DNA of 64,000 bases from an uncultured Christensenella sp. (GTDB lineage Bacteria > Bacillota > Clostridia > Christensenellales > Borkfalkiaceae): the NCBI GenBank assembly GCA_949878495.1, contig CATLAR010000001.1:778-64777 (forward strand), written 5' to 3'. Under the pieces are notes generated by a model. That model was not told where the DNA came from and did no database searches. It saw nothing but the letters and a program-made list of their open reading frames with translations. The stretch's first letter is position 1; each line of letters starts with the position of its first letter. A program made the position numbers and the translations under genes. Positions 24,211 through 31,545 of this stretch are shown here, one piece after another.

Positions 24211-25680
24211 ATGAAAAAAACTATTATAATAAACCCGCTCGATAACGTCGCGGTTGCGCTGTGCGACCTTGAAAAACGCGGCATATACGAGGGGGTAACG
24301 CTCGTAAACGATATTACAAAGGGACATAAATTCGCCTTGCGAGATATTAAGGCGGGCGAGAATATCGTCAAATACGGCAACCCCATAGCGCGGGCTACCT
24401 CCGATATAAAAGCGGGCGAACACGTTCACGTTCACAACGTAAAGACCAATCTTTCGGAAAACCTCGAATACGTATACGAGAAGGCGGAAACGCCCGTAAA
24501 AAAGGTCGTTTCGCGCAAGGTCAACGTTTACGAGCGTAAGAACGGCGACGTGGGCATACGCAACGAACTTTGGGTTATTCCCACGGTCGGCTGCGTAAAC
24601 GCGCAGGCTAAGCTTATCGTCGAGGAGTTCGAAAAGAGATACGGTCACGACGGTTTCGACGGCGTTTTCGCTTACACGCATCCTTACGGCTGTTCGCAGC
24701 TCGGCGAGGACCACGAGCGCACGAAGCTTATACTGTCCAAAATGGTCAGGCACCCCAACGCGGGCGGCGTGCTCGTTCTCGGACTGGGTTGCGAGAACAA
24801 CCAGCCCGCGGCGTTCCGCGAGGGGCTGGGGAAAATCGACGGAGACAGGATAAAATTCCTCGTCTGTCAGGAGGTTTCCGACGAGATTGAAAGCGGCGTT
24901 GAACTTTTAAGGCAAATCGCTTCGGTTATGAAGAACGACAAGCGCGTTGAACGGGATATATCCTGCCTGAAAGTCGGGCTTAAATGCGGCGGCTCGGACG
25001 GGCTGTCGGGTATAACGGCAAACCCGCTCGTAGGGCTTTTCAGCGACTATATAGTGGCGGCGGGCGGCACTACGGTGCTTTCGGAAGTCCCCGAAATGTT
25101 CGGTGCGGAACAGCTTTTAATGAACAGGGCCAAGGACAGGGAAACCTTTGAAAAAGTCGTTAAACTTATCAACGATTTCAAGGACTATTTCAGGCGCAAC
25201 GGTCAGACGGTCTACGAAAACCCGTCGCCGGGCAACAAGGCGGGCGGGATAACCACGCTCGAGGATAAATCGCTCGGCTGTACGCAAAAGTCGGGTTCGG
25301 GTCCCGTGGAGGACGTCGTTTTCGACGACGGGTTCGTCACGCGCAAGGGGCTTAATCTGTTAAACGGACCGGGCAACGATATGTGTGCGGTGACCAATAT
25401 CGCCGCGGCGGGCTGTCACCTCGTGCTGTTCACTACGGGTAGGGGAACGCCTTTCGGCGGATTCGTGCCCACGCTCAAAATAGCCACCAACAGCGACTTG
25501 GCAAAGAGTAAAGCAAACTGGATAGACTTTAACGCGGGCGCGGTGCTTGAAAGCGGTTTTGACGAACAGCTTGAAAAACTTATCGACCTTATCGTCGAAA
25601 CGGCGAACGGCAAGCCCGCTAAAAACGAAATAAATCAGACTAAAGAAATTGCAATTTTCAAAACGGGGGTAACTTTATAA
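24211..25680 (+). CDS. uxaA: Altronate dehydratase
   Basis: SAF domain N-terminus plus the UxaA C-terminal domain (GCENNQ, GGSDGLSGITANP). Confidence 0.85.
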   Translation: MKKTIIINPLDNVAVALCDLEKRGIYEGVTLVNDITKGHKFALRDIKAGENIVKYGNPIARATSDIKAGEHVHVHNVKTNLSENLEYVYEKAETPVKKVVSRKVNVYERKNGDVGIRNELWVIPTVGCVNAQAKLIVEEFEKRYGHDGFDGVFAYTHPYGCSQLGEDHERTKLILSKMVRHPNAGGVLVLGLGCENNQPAAFREGLGKIDGDRIKFLVCQEVSDEIESGVELLRQIASVMKNDKRVERDISCLKVGLKCGGSDGLSGITANPLVGLFSDYIVAAGGTTVLSEVPEMFGAEQLLMNRAKDRETFEKVVKLINDFKDYFRRNGQTVYENPSPGNKAGGITTLEDKSLGCTQKSGSGPVEDVVFDDGFVTRKGLNLLNGPGNDMCAVTNIAAAGCHLVLFTTGRGTPFGGFVPTLKIATNSDLAKSKANWIDFNAGAVLESGFDEQLEKLIDLIVETANGKPAKNEINQTKEIAIFKTGVTL

Positions 25681-27092
25681 TGAACGCGTTTATGGATAAC
25701 GACTTCCTTTTAGACACGGAAACGGCGAAAAAGCTCTACCACGGGCACGCCGAGAAAATGCCTATTATCGACTATCACTGCCACTTGCAGCCCAGGGAAA
25801 TTTACGAGGACAAGAAGTTCAGAAATCTTGCCGAGGTATGGCTGGGCGCGGGCGACAGATACGGCGACCACTATAAGTGGCGCGCGCTGAGGGCGAGGGG
25901 GTACGCCGAGGACTCCATTTCCGGACCCGACGACGACTATAAAAAGTACCTGCAATTCGTCGAAAGTATGCCGTATTTCGTGGGCAATCCGCTCTATCAC
26001 TGGTCGCACCTCGAAATGCGCAGGTATTTCGGAATAGACGAGATTATCAACGCGAAAAACGCCAAGGTCATTTGGGACAAAGCCAATAAAAAGCTGGAAA
26101 CGCTGACCGCGCGCGAGATGATGTATAAATTCAACGTTAAAACCGTTTGCACGACGGACGACCCCGTCGACAGCCTCGAATGGCACGAAAAAATGAACGC
26201 CGACAAGACGCTCAAAGTCAAGGTGCGCCCCGCGTTCCGTCCCGACAAGGCTATAAACGTGGAGCTCGGCTGGTTTAAAGATTGGGTCAAACAGCTTGCG
26301 GGGGTAGTCGGTAAACCTATAAATTCGCTTGAAGAGCTGTGCGGCGCGCTTGCCGAAAGAATTGCGTACTTCGATAAAATGGGCTCGCGGCTTTCCGACC
26401 ACGCGCTCGACGTCGTTCACTACGCGCCCGCGACTTATGCGGAAGCGAACGCGGTATTCTCGAAGGGTATGAAGGGCGAAAGCGTTTCGGAAGCCGAACA
26501 GGATAAGTACAAGGGTTACGTTCTCGTGTTCCTCGCCAAAGAGTACGCGAAACACGGCTGGGTTCAGCAGTATCATATCGGCGCGCTTCGCAACAACTCC
26601 AAGAGTATGCTTGAAAAAATCGGACCCGACACGGGCTACGACGCAATCGAGGACGCGGTTTATATGGAAAAACTGTCCGCGTTGCTCGGCGAGATAGACA
26701 AGGACGGAGAAATGCCCAAGACCATACTTTACTGCCTCAACCCGCGCGACAACTACGCTTTGACGGTGCTTGCGGGCTGTTTCCAGAAAGAGGGCGTAAA
26801 AGGCAGAGTGCAGGTAGGCACGGCGTGGTGGTTCCTCGATCAGCTTGACGGAATGCGCCAAAACCTTGAAACGCTTATGCAGGTCGGGCTGGTTGCGCAG
26901 TCGGTGGGAATGCTCACGGACAGCCGTTCTTTCCTCGCGTATCCCCGCCACGAATATTACAGACGGCTTTTGTGCCAAATGCTCGGCAGACTCGTCGAAA
27001 GCGGTCAATACCCCGCCGAGGAGCTTGAAACGCTGGGTAAAATAGTGGAGGACGTTTGCTATAACAACGCCGCCGAGTACTTCGGTTTTTAA
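25680..27092 (+). CDS. uxaC: Glucuronate (uronate) isomerase
   Basis: PIIDYHCHL, GNPLYHWSHLE and TDSRSFL motifs. ATGA overlap with uxaA. Confidence 0.9.
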   Translation: MNAFMDNDFLLDTETAKKLYHGHAEKMPIIDYHCHLQPREIYEDKKFRNLAEVWLGAGDRYGDHYKWRALRARGYAEDSISGPDDDYKKYLQFVESMPYFVGNPLYHWSHLEMRRYFGIDEIINAKNAKVIWDKANKKLETLTAREMMYKFNVKTVCTTDDPVDSLEWHEKMNADKTLKVKVRPAFRPDKAINVELGWFKDWVKQLAGVVGKPINSLEELCGALAERIAYFDKMGSRLSDHALDVVHYAPATYAEANAVFSKGMKGESVSEAEQDKYKGYVLVFLAKEYAKHGWVQQYHIGALRNNSKSMLEKIGPDTGYDAIEDAVYMEKLSALLGEIDKDGEMPKTILYCLNPRDNYALTVLAGCFQKEGVKGRVQVGTAWWFLDQLDGMRQNLETLMQVGLVAQSVGMLTDSRSFLAYPRHEYYRRLLCQMLGRLVESGQYPAEELETLGKIVEDVCYNNAAEYFGF

Positions 27093-27094
27093 CG

Positions 27095-27215
27095 CCCTTG
27101 GCTTATAAGCGGCGCAATACGGTGTCGTGCTCCGCGCCGCCTCAGTCGCTTACGTTTTAGTAAGCTCCTTCGGCGGTGCTCGCACTTCTTGTCTTGCTTG
27201 CTTCTAACCCAAGGG
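27095..27215 (+). repeat. Long imperfect hairpin element (~120 nt), possibly related to the repeat family
   Basis: Closed by CCCTTGG / CCAAGGG. Internal paired blocks AAGC/GCTT, GCAA/TTGC, GTGC/GCAC, GCCGCC/GGCGGT, and an apical GCTTAC-gtttta-GTAAGC. Shares CTTGGCTT with copies G and D. Confidence 0.5.
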
Positions 27216-27235
27216 GAATGTATGCCGATTAAATA

Positions 27236-27265
27236 AGCCCGCCGCGGGTATCCGCGGCGGGCTTT
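27236..27265. terminator. Bidirectional terminator between uxaC and the pectinesterase gene
   Basis: AAGCCCGCCGCGG-gtat-CCGCGGCGGGCTT. Confidence 0.8.
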
Positions 27266-27287
27266 CGCGCGCCATAATTCAACAAAT

Positions 27288-28226
27288 TCACCGTTTATTA
27301 GCTGTAAAAATCGCGTGGGCGCGCTTTATAATGTTTCTTGCGACGTCGCCGCCGAGGGGGGTGCCCCAGTCGACGGGCGCGGGCTTAAAACCGCATTCGA
27401 GTCCGTAATATTCAAACCTCGCGGTTTTGTCCCGCTCGGTGTCGTTCCATTTATCGAAAAGTTCGGGCGCGATATGTCCGCCCAGCTTGCATTTAATAAA
27501 CGTGCATTTACCGAAGTCGCGCCACGGACGCGCAAGGAAGTTGGTCGCTTTCCCGCCGCCGCCGTCGGTGAACACGCATTCGTAGAAGCAAAATCCGCGC
27601 TCCTGTTTTAGCGAATGCGCGGGCGCGGCAACGTACCCGACGGGTCTGCCGTCGTAGAGGGATACTATTTCGCAGTTACGGAAATACGCCTCGGCGCAGC
27701 CGAAAATAAAGTCGACCGTTCCGCTGATGCGGCAGTTTTCGAACGAATGCAGGCTTCCGCCCTCGCAATAAAGTTCGTCGCGGGGAATAAATCCGCGGTA
27801 GCGCACCACGAGGTCGTCGGGGAACGGGTAAAGAAACAGCGTGTCTTGCGTGGATACGAGGTTTACGTTTTCCGCGGTAAACTTTTTTGCGTTGACGGAC
27901 AGCGCCACGCATTGTCCCGCTTCCGCAGGGTTTTGCGTGGTATTTTCAACCGTAAGGTTTTCAAGCGCGACTCCCTCGCCCGTAACGCATAGCGTGTACG
28001 TGCGGAAAGTGTTGTATTCCTGCCCGTCGGCGTGTATTTTACGCGCGTGGTCGCCGTAGCTAATCACCGTTGTTTCACGGTTTTCGCCCGTAATTATCAC
28101 GTTATTTGCGCAAATTTTAGTTTTTTGTCGGTAAATTCCCGCGCTTAAATACACTCGGGCGGGCTCGGTCAAGGCATTTATAGCTTGTCCTATATCGTCT
28201 TTCGGCGTTAAATACAGCGTTTTCAT
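27288..28226 (-). CDS. Pectinesterase (carbohydrate esterase family 8)
   Basis: Pectin methylesterase motifs (QDTLF, GTVDFIFG, LARPWR). ATG 28226 is preceded by GAGGAAA. Confidence 0.85.
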   Translation of the reverse strand: MKTLYLTPKDDIGQAINALTEPARVYLSAGIYRQKTKICANNVIITGENRETTVISYGDHARKIHADGQEYNTFRTYTLCVTGEGVALENLTVENTTQNPAEAGQCVALSVNAKKFTAENVNLVSTQDTLFLYPFPDDLVVRYRGFIPRDELYCEGGSLHSFENCRISGTVDFIFGCAEAYFRNCEIVSLYDGRPVGYVAAPAHSLKQERGFCFYECVFTDGGGGKATNFLARPWRDFGKCTFIKCKLGGHIAPELFDKWNDTERDKTARFEYYGLECGFKPAPVDWGTPLGGDVARNIIKRAHAIFTANKR

Positions 28227-28297
28227 ACGATTTCCTCGCAATATTCTTATTTATTGTTATTATATCACATTTTTTTCGTGAAACAATAAAAAACCTA

Positions 28298-28326
28298 TTG
28301 ATTTTTAAAAAAAGCTATGATATAAT
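28298..28326 (+). promoter_or_regulatory. Near-consensus promoter for the 28391 membrane-protein gene
   Basis: TTGATT (28298-28303), 17-nt spacer, TATAAT (28321-28326). Confidence 0.6.
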
Positions 28327-28390
28327 TCGGTCATAAAGTGTTAACTACTAAAATTTTCCAACATACTTATTTGTTATTAAATATATTTAT

Positions 28391-29137
28391 ATGAGAAAAA
28401 ATGACATAAGCGGGGTAATATCCTACAATAATTTTAAATTTGTCGATTTATTCCTGTTTATGGTAATAATGGCGGTGCTCGAAGCGGTAAACGTGTTTGC
28501 GGTAAAACAATGGTTCGATAAAATGTATTTCTCGGTGTCGCTTATGTTTACCGTATCGCTGATAGTATTCGTCCGCTGGAATTTATGGGGCGCGATATTT
28601 CCCGTAACGCACGGGGTACTCTATTGCGCTTTTTTATGCGCTTTCGGGGGCGTGGACCCAAGCTCTTTTGTCATTTACTCGGTCGGTAACGCGTTTATTA
28701 TCCCCGTCTGGTTTATTTTTAAGATTATTCCCAAGGAAAAATTGTTTTCAAAGTGGTATCTCACTTTAATATATCCCGCCGCGGCGTTCGTTCTCGTGCT
28801 TTTGGGCAGGTCGGCGGTGGCGGCGTGCTTCGGAAACAACTTTTTACAGGCGCTCGGCGAAACGCTGTTCACCGAATCGCTGAATATAACTTTCGCGGTC
28901 GTCGCGCTTCTGATACTGCGTCGGGTGAACGGAATGCTCGTCGATCAGAAGAAATATTTAATAAGTATCGCGCGCGAGCGCGATGATGCGCGTATCCCGC
29001 AGGACGACGTCTGGCGGGGCTATACGGAGCTTGACGAAGAGGAGCTGAAAAAGCTGCACGGCGGCTCGGGCGAAGAAAAAAAGCAAGTGGACGACGGGAT
29101 TTCGATGTGGGACGAATACCCGCCCGACAGCAGATAA
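28391..29137 (+). CDS. Hypothetical polytopic membrane protein with an acidic C-terminal tail
   Basis: About six hydrophobic segments, then a charged tail. No RBS seen, so the start is uncertain. Confidence 0.55.
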   Translation: MRKNDISGVISYNNFKFVDLFLFMVIMAVLEAVNVFAVKQWFDKMYFSVSLMFTVSLIVFVRWNLWGAIFPVTHGVLYCAFLCAFGGVDPSSFVIYSVGNAFIIPVWFIFKIIPKEKLFSKWYLTLIYPAAAFVLVLLGRSAVAACFGNNFLQALGETLFTESLNITFAVVALLILRRVNGMLVDQKKYLISIARERDDARIPQDDVWRGYTELDEEELKKLHGGSGEEKKQVDDGISMWDEYPPDSR

Positions 29138-29140
29138 AAC

Positions 29141-29198
29141 ACCTATCGGTCTCTTGCGGGACAGCTGTCTCGGCGACGTTAAGGAAAAACCCGTCGCC
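29141..29198 (+). repeat. Copy E of the structured intergenic repeat family
   Basis: ACCTATCGGTCTCTTGCGGGACAGCTGTCTCGGCGACGTTAAGGAAAAACCCGTCGCC. By my hand alignment it matches copy C (49172-49224) at about 47 of 55 positions. Confidence 0.8.
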
Positions 29199-29308
29199 TC
29201 GGTCACCGTTCGCGCGATAAAATGCGCTCACTCATCTCGCGTTGATGCGACGGCGCACCGTGTCGTCACAAAGAAATCAACGCTCGTCCTCAAGGAGAAG
29301 CCGAGAGA

Positions 29309-29349
29309 GCAAAAAGGGATATCCCTTTTTGCGTTTGCGATGCAAACGC
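29309..29349 (+). other. Two adjacent strong hairpins upstream of the ABC permease gene
   Basis: GCAAAAAGGGA-ta-TCCCTTTTTGC and GCGTTTGC-gat-GCAAACGC. Confidence 0.6.
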
Positions 29350-29410
29350 AAAGGCAATAACATTATAAGTTTAACGAAAACGAGTTTTAACGATATGGAG
29401 GAAAATTTCA

Positions 29411-30475
29411 ATGTTCAAACTCAAATGCGACGACTTCCTTATCTACGACGAGGCGACGGGAACGTATTCTATGTCCCCCGAACAGCAGGTAAGGGACGAA
29501 ACGGAGAAGAACAGCTGGAAGAGCGCGGGCTGGACTATTCTTAAAGACTGGCGATTGTACGCAATGCTTATTCCGATGGTGCTCGTCTATTTCCTTTGGA
29601 AATATATGCCTATGTACGAGCTTATGGCGTGCTTTAAAAACCCCGCGTACGGCGACGAGTCCGGCAAGGTTGCTTCCTATACGTGGGCGGGTTTCGATTT
29701 CTTTAAAGAATTGTTCACCGATAAAACCAACAGCCCGCTGTTCTGGCGCGCGTTCAGGAACACGTTCACCACGGCGTTTTACGGTTTACTGTTCGGGTTC
29801 CCTATGCCGATTATCCTCGCGCTGTTTTTCAACGAGGTGCGTTCGAACATAGCGAGAAGCATTATGCAGGTCTGCGTATACCTTCCCAAGTTCCTGTCTA
29901 CGGTCATCGTAACGTCGCTCGTACTCGTGCTTTTCCGCTCCAACGTAGAAGGCTCGGTCGGTATCGTATCGAAAGTGTTTCAGGCGTTCGGCGCGGACCC
30001 CACGCTGGTAAACGGCGGTCTCGTGTATACGACGAAGTATTACAGGGCGATATACATTATAACGGATTTGTGGGAACACGCGGGTTACGACTCGATAGTA
30101 TTCTTCGCCGCGGTAATAGCCGTATCTCCCACCTCGTACGAGGCGGCGCAGATAGACGGCGCGGGCAAGATGGCGCAGATGCGCTACGTCGTTATCCCCA
30201 GCATTCTCTCAACCGTAGTTATAATGCTGATTATGAAAATAGGTTCGCTCCTTTCCGTAGGCTATGAAAAGATATATCTGTTACTCGGCGACGGACAGGG
30301 CGCGGGCGGTAACTGGGAGGTTGCGGACACCGTTTCGACCCTCGCCAACAGATGGACGGGAACTCACAAATCTATGGGTACCGCGGCGGAAATGCTTAAT
30401 AACCTGATCGGTATGATTCTGGTTATAGGCGCGAACAAGATAGCCCGCAAGGCTTCGGACGTTTCGTTGTACTAA
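29411..30475 (+). CDS. Carbohydrate ABC transporter permease (LplB-like)
   Basis: Multi-TM protein with an EAA-loop-like region (YEAAQIDGAGKMAQMRYVVIP). GGAGG RBS. Confidence 0.85.
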   Translation: MFKLKCDDFLIYDEATGTYSMSPEQQVRDETEKNSWKSAGWTILKDWRLYAMLIPMVLVYFLWKYMPMYELMACFKNPAYGDESGKVASYTWAGFDFFKELFTDKTNSPLFWRAFRNTFTTAFYGLLFGFPMPIILALFFNEVRSNIARSIMQVCVYLPKFLSTVIVTSLVLVLFRSNVEGSVGIVSKVFQAFGADPTLVNGGLVYTTKYYRAIYIITDLWEHAGYDSIVFFAAVIAVSPTSYEAAQIDGAGKMAQMRYVVIPSILSTVVIMLIMKIGSLLSVGYEKIYLLLGDGQGAGGNWEVADTVSTLANRWTGTHKSMGTAAEMLNNLIGMILVIGANKIARKASDVSLY

Positions 30476-30487
30476 GGGAGGATATAA

Positions 30488-31414
30488 ATGGCGGCAGCAG
30501 TTAATAACAGAAGGAAGACCGAAACCTCCGAACTTATATTCAGAATAGTAGCGTACTTCTTTCTCATAGTTTTTGCGATTTTATGCGTTTACCCCCTCAT
30601 ATATGCCTTGTCTTCGGCGTTCAGCTCCGGCTCGGCGGTAGATCAGGGCAAAGTAATCTTATGGCCCGTGGAAGTTCAGGGCGCGGCGTTTTTAGCCGTT
30701 CTTAAAGACAACCTTTTCTGGGTAAATTACTCCAACACCCTTTTCGTTACCTTCTTCGGAACGGTCTGGGCGCTCGGCTATTCGATACTCGGCGCGTACG
30801 CGCTCTCCAAAAAAAGACTGCTCGGCAGACACGGCTGGAACTTCTTCCTCGTGTTTACGATGTGGTTTTCGGCGGGTATTATCCCTCAGTATCAGAACTA
30901 TATGAACACCGTTTCCATATTCAACGGCATAGGCATTACCGACCTTAAATGGACGATAGTCCTTGCGATGGGTATGAACGCGACGAATATTATACTTCTC
31001 CGCAACTCGTTCGAGGGCGTGCCCGCGGAAATAGAGGAAGCGGCGAGAATAGACGGCGCGACGGAAATGCAGATACTCACGAAAGTTTATTTGCCTATGA
31101 GTAAGGCGACTATCGCAACGGTTGCGCTGTTCTTCGGAATTTCGCGCTGGAACGGATATTTCTGGGCGTTCAAAGTTATCGGCAACACGCAGACTTACAG
31201 CTGGCCCGTTCAGGTATATATAAGGAATTATATAGAGGAATGGACGACTCTTACGGGCGGCGGCGCGGGCGATACTACCTGGGTTCACGACTATTCGGCA
31301 ACTTCGGTAGTGTATTCGATGGTAATCTGCGCGGTTATTCCCATACTTGCTATTTACCCTTTCATTCAGAAGTATTTCGCCAAGGGCGTAAATATGGGCG
31401 GTGTAAAAGAGTAA
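30488..31414 (+). CDS. Carbohydrate ABC transporter permease (LplC-like)
   Basis: EEAARIDGATEMQILTKVYLPMS EAA loop. GGGAGG RBS. Confidence 0.85.
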   Translation: MAAAVNNRRKTETSELIFRIVAYFFLIVFAILCVYPLIYALSSAFSSGSAVDQGKVILWPVEVQGAAFLAVLKDNLFWVNYSNTLFVTFFGTVWALGYSILGAYALSKKRLLGRHGWNFFLVFTMWFSAGIIPQYQNYMNTVSIFNGIGITDLKWTIVLAMGMNATNIILLRNSFEGVPAEIEEAARIDGATEMQILTKVYLPMSKATIATVALFFGISRWNGYFWAFKVIGNTQTYSWPVQVYIRNYIEEWTTLTGGGAGDTTWVHDYSATSVVYSMVICAVIPILAIYPFIQKYFAKGVNMGGVKE

Positions 31415-31422
31415 AGAATATA

Positions 31423-31479
31423 CCTCATCAGTCCCTGCGGGACATCTTCCCCCGGGAGGGGAAGCCAAGCCGAATGAGG
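31423..31479 (+). repeat. Copy D of the structured intergenic repeat family (compact three-stem form)
   Basis: CCTCAT..ATGAGG closing stem, GTCCC-tgc-GGGAC, and CTTCCCC-cggga-GGGGAAG. Confidence 0.75.
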
Positions 31480-31545
31480 CGTCAATATCGGTTTTAATCA
31501 AAGGCGAAAGCCTTTAATATAAACAAAAAATAAGGAGAAGAAAAG

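Noticed and set aside
25710-27008. 432-aa minus-strand ORF opposite uxaC. The same applies to 10129-11196 opposite icd, 5064-5825 opposite tsaE/tsaB, 20810-21649 opposite kduI, 21933-22739 opposite the ABC ATPase, 30692-31501 and 33247-34140 opposite transporter genes, 51253-52389 and 56586-57479 opposite addB/addA, and 59627-60472 opposite res.
   Set aside because: All are antisense to confidently assigned genes. They have no recognisable motifs and show the biased Arg/Gly/Val composition of shadow frames.
31423-31444. Hammerhead ribozyme, suggested by CUGAUGAG on the reverse complement of repeat copies D, C and G
   Set aside because: The CUGAUGAG word is not followed by a stem II plus GAAA core, and no cleavage-site helix can be drawn. 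The resemblance is limited to the 8-mer.
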